From contig NIVC01001408.1 of the NCBI GenBank assembly GCA_002269645.1, forward strand, positions 113,448 through 177,447: 64,000 nucleotides of DNA, in the 5' to 3' direction. Below, in pieces: positions 1-13,300 of the stretch. Source of the DNA: Macrostomum lignano (taxonomy: Eukaryota). Numbering within the stretch: the first letter of the stretch is position 1; each line of letters begins with the position of its first letter. The notes under the pieces are model-generated. The model worked only from the letters and a program-made list of their open reading frames with translations, was not told the DNA's origin and did no database searches. The position numbers were made by a program, and so were the translations under genes.

Positions 1-1871
1 TGTACATGCCTACTTTTTATACATGCACAACTTCAAAATTGAGTTAGCCATGTGACTTAGTTTTAACAAAAAATAATGCAATTTACATGTAAAAGTAACC
101 CTAAAGCAAAATTAATGCAATTTTGGCTAAATGGTAGGAGTAACTATGACTGTCTTAATAAGGTGAAATGTCTTGTTATCTACTTAGTACTACTTGGGTA
201 TTTATTTGGGTGGGAATTTTTGTGACTTATCTTGCTTGGCCACCAAATTGGTTGGCCAGATTGGCCAACTCAGCCAACTGTTGTACATGTATGCTACTTT
301 TGACATGCAAGGTCAATGCACGCCCAAATTTTTGGGTGTATACTACATGATCCAGAGTGTGGGTACTAAGTAGCATAAAACTACCTTGGTTTTTTGGCAC
401 ACAGTGCAGATAGATTTTTTAGTATTTTTTAAGTGCAAGCTTTGCTACCTTCCTGATTATAGTCTAGACTAAAAGCTCTAGGCCCGTAGTAGGCCCTAGT
501 CTATAGAAAAAACCTTTGATGTAAATAAAAAACAATGGAGCTCAAAACAATATTTAATAGATTGAAATCAAGACTATTTCATTTAGTCTATTTGTATCAC
601 TATATAATTTATAAATAAGGTTTAAAAATATTTTGCTTTAAAAGACTGCCTAGTATTTTAATAGTCTTGTTTAGTCCAAAAATATCTATATAAATAAAAT
701 TGTATACAAATAGGTATACATTATAGATAGCAAAAGTCTAGTGGAAGTTTTTTAGTAAATAGTAATATATATTGTAGTAGAAGCTCATTAAAAATATTAG
801 CATATAATAGTATACTTAAAATATAAATCTATATATAACATATAGAATATGCAATTGGATTTTTATATATATTATTCAAAATTTAGAATTCCAATATGCC
901 TTAATCAATAATAAAAAACAAATAAAAGTCTTCAAATTTGCATTTTCTAGAAAGTTTGAAGTGATTCTAATTTGACAATATTGAATATGATTTAGAATGA
1001 ATCAATAAGTTTTAAATTATAAATGTATATAAAAGCTGTAGCCTGTAAGTGTTTATCTATTTTAAGTTTATTTTATTAAATGTTTATCCTTTTTTAGTCC
1101 TATAATAAACTTGTAATTGCCAATAAACATATTATACACTAAAATTTATTAAAAATTTTTGAAACATTTAAATATATTCAATCTATCTGTATGACATCTC
1201 AATGTTGTATATAGATTATCCCTAAAATTAAATCAAGTTATAACTTAGTTTTGACTGAAATATGATTTAGTTTGTATCTTATACAAAAGTAAAAAAGCTT
1301 TAACTTTTGTCAAAATGCTAAACGTCTAAAAATACATAAAATTTAAAACTTAGTCATGGTTAGCCACAATTTATACTAGCCAGTTTAGTTGGCAATAGTA
1401 GCATATTTATGATATAGCCTTTTGTTTATAGAGTTTTTTGTATTTTTAATATGCATTAATGAAGACAAGGCAAATTCAATATGATTCCTATTATATAAAA
1501 TTATTAATGTACAAATGCATGCTTATAACAAGAATATATTTGAAATACTATTGCAAAAATTTTGTAATATGATCTCTTAAAACTAAGTATAATAACATGA
1601 TATTAAAATATACTGAATGAAATTTTCAAAAAAATATGAGAGGCAAAAGTTCTATATCAAAAGCTTTAAAGTTTGATTCAATTGTATAATTAATAATTTA
1701 GTTTTATATCTTTGTTTGCCTTTCAAATTTTATAGTATGTTTTGTACTGCTCAGTGATTTCAATTATTTTAGCAATTTCCCATAAGTCTAGGCAACCTTA
1801 GCGACTTCCTCCATGTGTCATCAATAATCTGAGAAGATCCCTTCTATGAATTATTCACAATCTGAGCGATT

Positions 1872-2420
1872 CCCCTGAGTCCTTGACAATATGAGCAATT
1901 CCCCTATGAGTCCTTGACAATATGAGCAATTCCCATATGAGTCCTTGACAATATGAGCAATTCCCCTATGAGTCCTTGACAATATGAGCAATTCCCCTAT
2001 GAGTCCTTGACAATATGAGCAATTCCCATATGAGTCCTTGACAATATGAGCAATTCCCCTATGAGTCCTGGACAATATGAGCAATTCTCCTATGAGTCCT
2101 TGACAATATGAGCAATTCCCATATGAGTCCTTGACAACATGAGCAATTCCCCTATGAGTCCTTGACAATATTGAGCGATTCCCCTATGAGTCCTGGACAA
2201 TATGAGCAATTCCCCTATGAGTCCTTGACAATATGAGCAATTCCCATATGAGTCCTTGACAACATGAGCAATTCCCATATGAGTCCTTGACAATATTGAG
2301 CAATTCCCCTATGAGTCCTGGACAATATGAGTAATTCCCCTATGAGTCCTGGACAATATGAGCAATTCCCATATGAGTCCTTGACAATACGAGAAATTCT
2401 CCTATGAGTCATTAACAATA
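1872..2420. repeat. 31-bp minisatellite
   Basis: Unit gagtccttgacaatatgagcaattcccctat. Confidence 0.92.
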
Positions 2421-3437
2421 TGAGCGATTGAGTTCTTTGAGTTCTTTGCAAATAGTGTGATTCAAATTTATACTTTAAGCAATCATTGTCTTTCGTAACG
2501 TAACCATGGAATCTTGATCGGGAATTTTTAATTATTTAGTTCCCAGTGTACTTATGAGCCTATTGCGTTGCTACTAGCTAACAGTTTGTCCTCATTAAAG
2601 TCTCAACTAACTAATCCCACAGCACGTGAAGCTTTTCTCTGTTTACTAGTGCAATTCTCCATATGTTGTGGTAGGCAAGTTAATCTCTGCCATGGTTGAA
2701 TGAAAGCTTTCTGGCTTAAGCGCGCCACTTCCCAACTCGCTGCTTCTTGGCCTATTTGTACTTTTAAATCAATCACTAGCATAGCTATAGGTGGGTGCAG
2801 AATAGTGGGGGCCGACTGGCTGACTGAACATACTTCGGCTGATTTCCACACCAGCCCGGCAACCACTGGCTTGGCTTTATTGCACCCGTGTCAGTGTGTG
2901 TGCTTGTATGCGCGGTACCCGCCTTTCTCTTCCCCTTCGGTGGGGAGGGGGAGGGAATTGACTAATTTTTCTGCACCTCTTCTGTTGCGCAGTAATCTCG
3001 ACGGGATGTTTAGTAGAATAGAGAAAAAACTGGGGGAGGGTGGGGATAAAGTAGATGAGAAAGTATTCTGACTGTTTATATGCTCCCAGATAGGATAGAA
3101 TAGGATTTAGATTTTTGTATTGTGCGCTGCTTGCGCGTACGTCTGCTGCGCTTTAGCGGCGATTTTTTTTCAAACCTCCGCTTAAACCCAACCAAACTAA
3201 ACTGGACTGGGCCTGCCGGGCCCCGCGTAATGTATTGCAGCCAGCTGCCACATGCTCTGGGTGTAAGCTATGCAAATGCTAAATATAAGAAAGGTGTACA
3301 GCTTACACGGTGCATCTAATACAGTCTGTTCATAGCTATCATTTTACGATTCGAAACAGAAATGCTATTATTTATAAAATATATTTATTTGTTGCACCCC
3401 AGCAGCTATATTGTCTTACGAATGACCCCAACTGTAG

Positions 3438-4018
3438 ACTGTGTCCACTGAATGACAGGTTCTCTATAATGTGTCCACTGAATGACTAGATCTATAGAAT
3501 GTGTCCACTGAATGACTAGATCTATAGAATGTGTCCACTGAATGACTAGATCTATAGAATGTGTCCACTGAATGACTAGATCTGTAGAATGTGTCCACTG
3601 AATGACTAGATCTATAGAATGTGTCCACTAAATGACTAGATCTATAGAATGTGTCCACTGAATGATCGGATTTGTAGAATGTGTCTACTGAATCACTATA
3701 TTTGTAGAATGTGTCCACTGAATGACTAGATCTATAGAATGTGTCCACTGAATTTTCGGATTTGTAGAATGTGTCTACTGAATCACTATATTTGTAGAAT
3801 GTTTCCACTGAATGACTAGATCTTTAGAATGTCTCCACTGAATGACTAGATCTATAGAATGTGTCCACTGAATAACTAGATCTATATATAGAATGTGTCC
3901 ACTGAATAACTAGATCTATAGAATGTGTCCACTGAATAACTAGATCTATAGAATGTGTCCACTGAATAACTAGATCTATAGAATGTGTCCACTGAATGAT
4001 CGGATTTGTAGAATGTGT
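3438..4018. repeat. 30-bp minisatellite
   Basis: Unit gtgtccactgaatgactagatctatagaat. Confidence 0.92.
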
Positions 4019-4356
4019 TTTTGTCATTTCGATTCACATATCTGTAGTTTAGTAATAAAATTTGGAGAGTTAAAAAGCTATTAAAACGTTTACTTAAACT
4101 AAGGTCTATCGATTACGATTACAATTATGATGCAGTTATTCTACAATGCAATTTTAGTTTGGAATATTTAATTTTTGCTGACCAATTTTCAATCACGGGC
4201 TACCCAAGGGTAGACGAACCTCGTCGCCCCCCACGCACACACCGATCCTGCACTGTCCAGCTGCTTGCGGTGTGTGTGTGAGTGAGTGCGTTTGGACATT
4301 ATCTGGCTCACAATCAGCCAGCCTTATTTGGTCCGATCAATCAATAGTCATTAATC

Positions 4357-7300
4357 ATGACTTCGGACATTGCTAAACGGCAGCGGACTGTGCCGTCGGC
4401 AAAGGCGTACGATTTCAACTGGCGCATGCCTGTGGCAGCTCACTTGATGAAGGGCGCTGTGTTCGATCGGTACGATGAGGTGAGCTTCTTTCTGAGCAAT
4501 GTACCATCTCATTTCATATTTATACCTAGGATTTTTTCCGCTTTTTATTTTATCTCAATTCTTGGATCCCAGATCCTACAATTCTTAGATCCCAAATCCC
4601 AGGGTTTTTGAGAATTGAGAATCGAGATCCCTCGATTCTTGGATCCCAAAAATCCTTCCATTCTTAGATCCCAAATCCCTGGGTTCTTGGATCCCAAATC
4701 CCTCGATTCTTGGATCCCAAATCCCTCGATTCTTAGATCCCAAATCCCTCGATTTTTAGATCCCAAAAATCCCTCGATTCTTGAATCCCAAATCCCTCGA
4801 TTCTTGGATCCCAAATCCCTCGATTCTTAGATCCCAAATCCCTCGATTCTTGGATCCCAAAAATCCTTCGATCCTTAGATCCCAAATCCCTGGGTTCTTG
4901 GATCCCAAATCCCTCGATTCTTGGATCCCAAGCTCTTAGTTCGTAGATCCCAAGTCCCTCGATTCTTCGATCCCAAATTCCTGGGTTCTTGGATCCCAAA
5001 TCCCTCGATTCTTGGATCCCAAATCCCTCGATTCTTGGATCCCAAATCCCTCGATTCTTGGATCCCAAGCTCTTAGTTCGTAGATCCCAAGTCCCTCGAT
5101 TCTTCGATCCCAAATTCCTGGGTTCTTGGATCCCAAATCCCTCGATTCTTTGATCCCAATCCCTCGATTCTTGGATCCCAAATCCCTTGATTCTTGGATC
5201 CCAAATCCATCGATTCTTAGATCCCAAATCCCTCGATTCTTGAATCCCAAATCCCTCGATTCTTGGATCCCAAATCCCTCGATTCTTCGATCCCAAATTC
5301 CTGGGTTCTTGGATCCCAAATCCATCGATTCTTCGATCCCAAATTCCTGGGTTCTTGGATCCCAAATCCCTCGATTCTTTGATCCCAAATCCCTCGATTC
5401 TTGGATCCCAAAAATCCCTCGATTCTTGGATCCCAAATCCCTCGATTCTTGGATCCCAAATCCCTCGATTCTTGGATCCCAAATCCCTCGATTCTTGGAT
5501 CCCAAATCCCTCGATTCTTGGATCCCAAATCCATCGATTCTTAGATCCCAAATCCCTCTATTCTTGGATCCCAAAAATCCTTCGATTCTTAGATCCCAAA
5601 AATCCCTCGAATCTTGGATCCCAAGTCCCTCGATTCTTGGATCCCAAATCCCTCGATTCTTAGATCCCAAATCCCTCGATTCTTAGATCCCAAATCCCTC
5701 GATTCTTAGATCCCAAATCCCTCGATTCTTAGATCCCAAATCCCTGGGTTCTTGGATCCCAAGCCCTCGGTTCTTAGACCCCAAAATCCCTCGATTCTTG
5801 GATCCTAAGTCCCTCGATTCTTGGATCCCAAAAATCCCTCGATTCTTGGACCCTAAAACCCTTGATTCTTGGATCCCAAAAATCATTCGATTCTTAGATC
5901 CCAAATCCCTGGGTTCTTGGATCCCAAATCTCTCGATTCTAAGATCCCAAATCCCTGGATTCTTGTATCCCAAACCCCTCAATTCTTGACTCCCAAATCG
6001 CCGAATTCTTCTATGAAAGAAATCCCCCAATTCGGAAATGTTTCCCAAATCCCTAGAGTTTTTTGTGCAAATTCCTAAACTGCATGCTGCCCCAATAATT
6101 TTGCAAAATTCTTTAGATATTGACAATTAATGTATATTTTTTTTTCTTATAAAAGTTTCCATTCTGGCTCTAAGCATCGAGTTCATATAAGCGTAAGCAT
6201 TTACTGCATCTTTGGAGCTACGGATGGTGGAAACTTAACGAAGAGCTCACTTCCTTGATTTTAGTGCATTGTTATTGCCAATTGCTGTAGCTCATAATTA
6301 TAAAAAAATATTTTGCCAAGTACGCTCGTACAAGTCTGATCTAAGAAATGTATACTCTTTACAGTTAGTAGACAAGACAGGTGGCCACACATGTACCTAG
6401 GTAGACAGACACTAAGACAGACAGACAAACAAACATGAAGACAGACAGGCAGGCAGTCACAGACACAGAGAGCCAGACAGACAGACAGGCAGGCAGCCAT
6501 AGACACAGAGAGCCAGACAGACAGGCAGGCAGGCAGACACAGACAGGCAGGCAGGCACAGACACAGACAAGCAGGCAGGCAGACACAGACAGGCAGACAC
6601 AGGCAGTCACAGACACAGACGGGCAGGCAGGCAGTCACAGACGGGCAGGCAGGCAGCCACAGACACAGGCAGGCAAGCAGCCACAGACACAGATAGACAG
6701 ACAGGCACGCAGACACAGGCAGGCAGCCACAGACAGGCAGGCAGCCACAGACAGGCAGGCAGGCAGGCAGTCACAGACAGGCAGTCACAGACACAGACGG
6801 GCAGGCAGGCAGTCACAGCCACAGACAGGCAGGCAGGCAGGCAGCCACAGACACAGAGAGGCAGGCAGGCACAGACACAGACAAGCAGGCAGGCAGGCAG
6901 ACACAGACAGGCTAGCAGCTACAGACACAGATAGACAGGCAGACAGACACAGACAGGCAGGCAGGCAGCCACAGACACTGGCAGGCAGGCAGGCAGGCAG
7001 TCACAGACAGACAGGCAGGCAGGCAGCCACAGACACAGGCAGGCAGGCAGCCACAGACAGACAGACAGACAGGCAGCCACAGACACAGGCAGGCAGGCAG
7101 CCACAGGCACACACAGGGCCAGTCGCCTTACACTAGGCTGGTAAGGCTGGCGGACTCCTTAAATTTTAAACTCTCTTCTCTCTCTGCCTAGAAACTTTTC
7201 GCTTGATTTCTTTTGGGTAATTTTTTTCCTCTTGATCAGTCTTCCCAAGGCCAGGAAAAATCCGCATCTCTAGGTCGCTAGCTAGTATGGGGGGAACGCA

Positions 7301-10300
7301 GCTAGCACAGCGGGTAGCTTGGCAACGCCGAGAGGGTTATTAGATCGTATCTGGCGCTCTTTCATATGCGTTCTTATCGCCCCCGCCTTGAATCCTGGCC
7401 GTTGCTTTCTTATTAGGTTTTCTAAATAATTGCATTTTATTACATTATATATATATTAGTAATAATATGGATATAATTATTAATAAATTGCATCATTTTA
7501 TGACTATTTCGGCTCCTTTCCCGCAGTACAACGGCTCCCTTGAGCAGGGCTGCGAAGTGAAAGTCGATGAGTTCGGATTTTTTATCTATTGGAAAAGCGA
7601 AAATGGGGTAAGCCCGATGCTTGCTGGAACTTCAAGTTTTCTAATTAGTTTTTTGCATAATAAATCATAAATTCTAACGCGTAATTAATCACGATTTTTC
7701 CCCTTTGCAGGAGGGTCAAGTGCTGGAGCTTTCGCAAGTTAGCGATGTTAGAACTGGTTCAAAACCGAAGGTAAGCTGTGCTGTTAGTTGTTCAAGTTTA
7801 TTTTTGGTTGGATTTGCTTCTGTCGTTGTGGACTGCCGGTTATTTGCTTTGATTGTTGTGCTGTGTTTTAAAATTGCCTTCTATTCAAGCTATTGTAAAG
7901 GCTCTAACGTATTGTCAGCGACTCTACGATATCTTCATTTGCTAGGCCAGCCTCCCAGATCCTCAGTTGCTGGGCCAGCCTCCCAGATCCTCAGTTGCTG
8001 GGCCAGCCTCCCAGATCCTCAGTTGCTGGGCCAGCCTCCCAGTTCCTCAGGTTGCTGGGCCAGCCTCCCCAGATCCTCAGGTTGCTGGGCCAGCCTCCCA
8101 GATCCTCAGGTTGCTGGGCCAGCCTCCCAGAGTGTAAGTTGCTGGGCCAGCCTCCCAGATCCTCAGGTTGCTGGGCCAGCCTCCCAGATCCTCAGTTGCT
8201 GGGCCAGCCTCCCAGATCCTCAGTTGCTGGGCCAGCCTCCCAGATCCTCAGTTGCTGGGCCAGCCTCCCAGAAGTTGCACTCCCTGATCAGCCTGAGCAG
8301 CTGCGCTCCCAGATCCTCAGCCTGAGCAGCTGCACTCCCAGATCCTCAGCCTGAGCACTCTCTGATATTTCCTAAATTCAGCAGTTCAGCTTTTTACATA
8401 GAAAATGTATTGCACCTCGCTCCTCTCTTACTTACTGTATTCAATTTCCCTATCCATCCTCTATCAGTTCTGTCTGTCTCCAACATCATTTCCGCTTACA
8501 CGCAGCTTCCCTATTAAATTGTAAGTCTGTGTGACTTGCCCCTAATGAGGCCTGGTGGAACTATAAGAATTTCACCTGTCTTTTTTGCACTGCACACAGA
8601 TTAGTACAGCAGTCTTGCGTTTTAATTCTGAACTGCCTGAGAACCCGACTTCTTGCATGCTCACGTGTCCTCTATGTATCCCGTTCCCGATTCCGTCTGC
8701 AGCTGCTAGCGGTGTTGTTGAATAATTAAATGGCAGAATATTTTAGCGTCTCCTCTGTCTCTATCTATTTCTGTGTCAGTTTTTTCTTCAGCTGTCTGCT
8801 TTTCCATATTTTTATCCAAGATTTTATAAAATAATGTATGCTCGATAAATTATGTTTGCTGGTTCTTTTAAAGATTTTTCATTCATCTATGGAATTTAAG
8901 TCACGCCTTTTGTCCGCATTTAAACTGTGCGTGCGGTTGAGTTCGATTGTTGTTACATTCAACATGTTATATGGTAATGTGTTGTGTGATGTATATCGTA
9001 AGAACTTTTAGACCCCATCAGAAATTTCACATCTAAAAACCGTCTTATTCAGATACGAATCCCAGATACCCCATCCTAAATTCCCCATCCCAGACACCCA
9101 TCTTAAATTCCCCATCTCAGATACCCCACCCTAAATTCCCCATCCCAGATACCTCATCCTAAATTCCCAATCCCAGATACCCCATCCCAGCTACCCCATT
9201 TCAGCTACCTCATCCCAGCTACCCCATTTCAGCTACCTCATCCAGCTACCCCATGCCAACTACCCCGTACCAGCTACCCCACACCAGCTAACCCACACCA
9301 GCTACCCCACACCAGCTACCCCACACCAGCTACCCCATACCAGCTACCCCACACCAGCTACCCCACACCAGCTACCCCACACCAGCTACCCCATACCAGC
9401 TACCCCACACCAGCTACCCCATACCAGCTACCCCACACCAGCTACCCCACACCAGCTACCCCACACCAGCTACCCCACACCAGCTACCCCATACCAGCTA
9501 CCCCATACCAGCTACCCCACACCAGCTACCCCACACCAGCTACCCCACACCAGCTACCCCACACCAGCTACCCCACACCAGCTACCCCATACCAGCTACC
9601 CCATACCAGCTACCCCATGCCAGCTACCCCATACCAGCTGCCCCATACCAGCCGGCCACACCAGCAGCCGCATGCAGTAAAAAGCGCATTAAACAATCGC
9701 CACTCGAAGCGCAGGCAAGGCCGACCTCTGTGACACGTAAAATTTCATCGACATTTTTACCAAACACTGTGCCAGCAGTTGGCAGCGGTGTGGTTAGCCT
9801 GACTAGCCTGAGTGTAAGTGTACAGCCAACTTAGCTTAAGACTGGCAATAACTTAAATTTTAAAGAAACCAGTATCTATTTTGTTAATATAAATTAAGAT
9901 TTTATTGATTCGATCAACAATTTTTGTTAAAAAAACTCGCGATTTTGTTTCAATGGATTACATCCTATTGATTTGAAAATTTCAAACTGATTGTCAATAA
10001 TTAGCTTTAGTATATATGCGTATAGATCTTAACGCCACTTGAAGGTAATTTGATCGCTAAATGAAACAGACGTCAACTAAAAGCAGTTTCAATTAAGCAA
10101 GGAATTCGCACGCTGTCTCCGTCGGGGCTTTTATGGATTCAATTTCAAGAAGTTTAGGATGCTTTAGATTTCAAATCTAAAAATAAAGGAAGGCAGCATA
10201 CAAGCTACTGCACTAACTTGTAGCTGGGTACGCCAAATAAGACTCAGCTTGTGTTTGATTGTCATCGGTTCTATGCAAAACAACCGAGGTCGAATCCCCC

Positions 10301-13300
10301 AAGGCACAGTGAAGTGTACATGCCAAACGATAAATAAAGTTAGGGCCGCTGTACACTCCTGTGTGAGTGTGTGCCTGTACGTATGACTGCGTACGTATCC
10401 GCGCGCTTGTGTGCCTGCTTAGGGGAGCCGGCGGAATGGATGGGCAGTAATGCCTCTCACCAGTACTTAAAGTAACTAAAACTTCAAGTACGGCAGAATA
10501 ATACACAAATTTAGTTAATTGTACAGCATTTTTCCCGTGGCGTGATAGCTTGCCTTTTGGAGTTAAAATCGTGTCAAATCTGCTTTTAAAGTTGAATAAA
10601 ATTGTTTGAAGAAAAGCACACAGCTGAGTGATTTAAAAAATTCGAATGGTAAACATTTGAAGGTTTCTCTAGAATTTAAAGCTTCATATAAGGCTATTAA
10701 GGAAGCTCTTTAAGGATCTAACGAAAGAAGGATTATTACATTACATGCTAGTATATAGAGATTAGCTGAGCTAGTGTGCTAAGAGGCAGGAAGGGGTATT
10801 AGTCAGCAGGAGGAAAAAGCTAGTGTAGGAAAGCAATTCTTGAGAACTTATTTGACTAATCCTATTAGCTAGCGGTCTTTTGATTACCCACCCACTCCTT
10901 TAGTCTGCTCACGGTGCTCAACTGGTGTCCTTGATGATATATTTTTCTCTATGCTAACTCTATAATAAGAGAGTACTATATAGTGTAACGCATACTGAGT
11001 GTATATCTTTCTAATGTATATAAGTTATTTCTCCGTTTTCTCTTTCTTCTTTGTGAAACATAGGCATCAATCAAGTTCATTTGGTTTGCTTTGCTGAGGA
11101 GGGCGAGGGGATGAAGTAGAAGGGAAATCGGGGTTGGATTTCTCCGCTTCTAGTTTTACTTCTAGCTGAGTTAAGGTCGCGCTAGCCCTACTGGGCGCTG
11201 CCGCAAATCACAAGGCGACAGTTGATCTGCAACGGCGGGCAGCAACCCTGAGCAAGCACTGACACACGCTCACACAGGGTACACCGGCCCTGACTATCTC
11301 ATTGTCAGCCAGTGACGAAACACACTGCGACTTGTAGATTGGGCTCTCAAGTAAGATAATGATACGACACCGAGGAGTTAATTGTCAGCCCTAATTTTCT
11401 GATTTGGCGCCACCTCCGACTGTATAATTTGGCGCCATCTCCGATAATCTAATTTGGCGCCACCTCCGATAATCTAATTTGGCGCCACCCCCGACTGTAT
11501 AATTTGGCGCCATCTCCGATAATCTAATTTGGCGCCACCTATAATCTAACTTGGCGCCACCTCCGATAATCTAATTTGGCGCCACCTCCGATAATCTAAT
11601 TTTGCGCCACCTCCACTTGTCTAATTTGCACCACCTCTAATAATATAATTTGGCGCCACCTCCGATAATCTAACTAACCTCGACAATACGATAATCTAAC
11701 CTCCGATAATCTAATTTTGCGCCATCTCCACTTGTCTAATTTGCGCCACCTCTAATAATATAATTTGGCGCCACCTCCGATGATCTAATTTGGCGCCACC
11801 TCCGATTGTCTAATGTGGCGCCACCTCCGATTGTCTAATGTGGCGCCACCTCCGATTTTCTAATGTGGCGCCACCTCCGATAATCTAATTTGGCGCTACC
11901 TCCGATTGTATAATTTAGCACAACCTCCGACTGTATAATTTGGCGCCACCTCCAACTGTATAACTTGGCGCCACCTCCGATAATCTAATTTGGCGCCACC
12001 TCCGATAATCTAACTTGGCGCCCCCTCCGATAATCTAACTTGGCGCCACCTCCGACTGTATAATTTGGCACCACCTCCGACTGTATAATTTGGCACCACC
12101 TCCGACTGTATAATTTGGCGCCACCTCCGACTGTATAATTTGGCGCCACCTCCGACTGTATAATTTGGCGCCACCTCCGACTGTATAATTTGGCGCCATC
12201 TCCGATAATCTAATTTGGCGCCACCTCCGATAATCTAATTTGGCGCCACCTCCGATAATATAATTTGGCGCCACCTTTGATAATCTAATTTTGCGCCACC
12301 TCCACTTGTCTAATTTGCGCCACCTCTGATAATCTAATTTGGCGCCACCTCCGACTGTATAATTTGGAGCCACCTCCACTTGACTTGTCTAATTTGCGCC
12401 ACCTCCAATAATCTAATTTAGCGCCATCTATGATAGTCTAACTATCTACTATCTTCAGAGCTACCTTCCATTGTCTAATGTGGTGCCACCTCCGATGATC
12501 TAATTTTGTCGCCACCTCTGATAATCTAATTTGGCGCCACCTCCAATAATCTAATTTTGGCGCCACCTCTGAAAATTTATTTTGGCGCCACGTCTGATTG
12601 TCGAATTCAACACCACAGTGTGAAGTTTGTACCTTATTTTTGAAATTTGCCGATATGTAGCGTAAACAACTATGCTACAACAATGCTAATAAAAACGTTC
12701 GAACAGATTTTTAACTAGCATAGACTTAAGCAGGGCAGCGAATATGCATTCTGCCTAGCTGCCTGCATGCATGTACAGGCCTAAGAGCTAAAAGCTTTCG
12801 AATCCGCTTAGCTATCCATTAACCGGGCCCAAATGAATGAGAATAGTTCGCTTATTCTGCCGCTTATTCTGCCTGTGTCTCTGGCTCCCTGTCAACTTTT
12901 CTTGACTATCAATGAATAACTAAGTAGTTGTATAGTGTTATAAAAAATTTCTAGCTTTCAATAGTTTCCTATGTGTGGTGTGTGTATAGTTAAGACTGCT
13001 ACGCATCCTACCCAGATGGATAGGGAGAGAGAGTAGGGTTAATGCAGCGGACGTATTGAGCAATAAGGTGCTCAATCCTCGGATCTGTGAGCACGCGCAG
13101 TCATTGGTGGGCAGAGCGGGCCAGCAGGCGCCTGCACTCTTGGGAATTCCTTCAGAGAGAGAGAGAGTGCCAGTAGCCCTTGCCAGGCGACCTGGAACAT
13201 AAAATTTAGTTGAAATAAAAGTAAATCATTATAATTTCGGGTACTAAGAATTGACAAAAAAACATTGAGTCCTTAGGATGCGGACTGGCGCTCTGATGTG

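Noticed and set aside
1-1850. AT-rich block as a gene or element
   Set aside because: No credible ORF, terminal repeats or motifs could be identified by eye.
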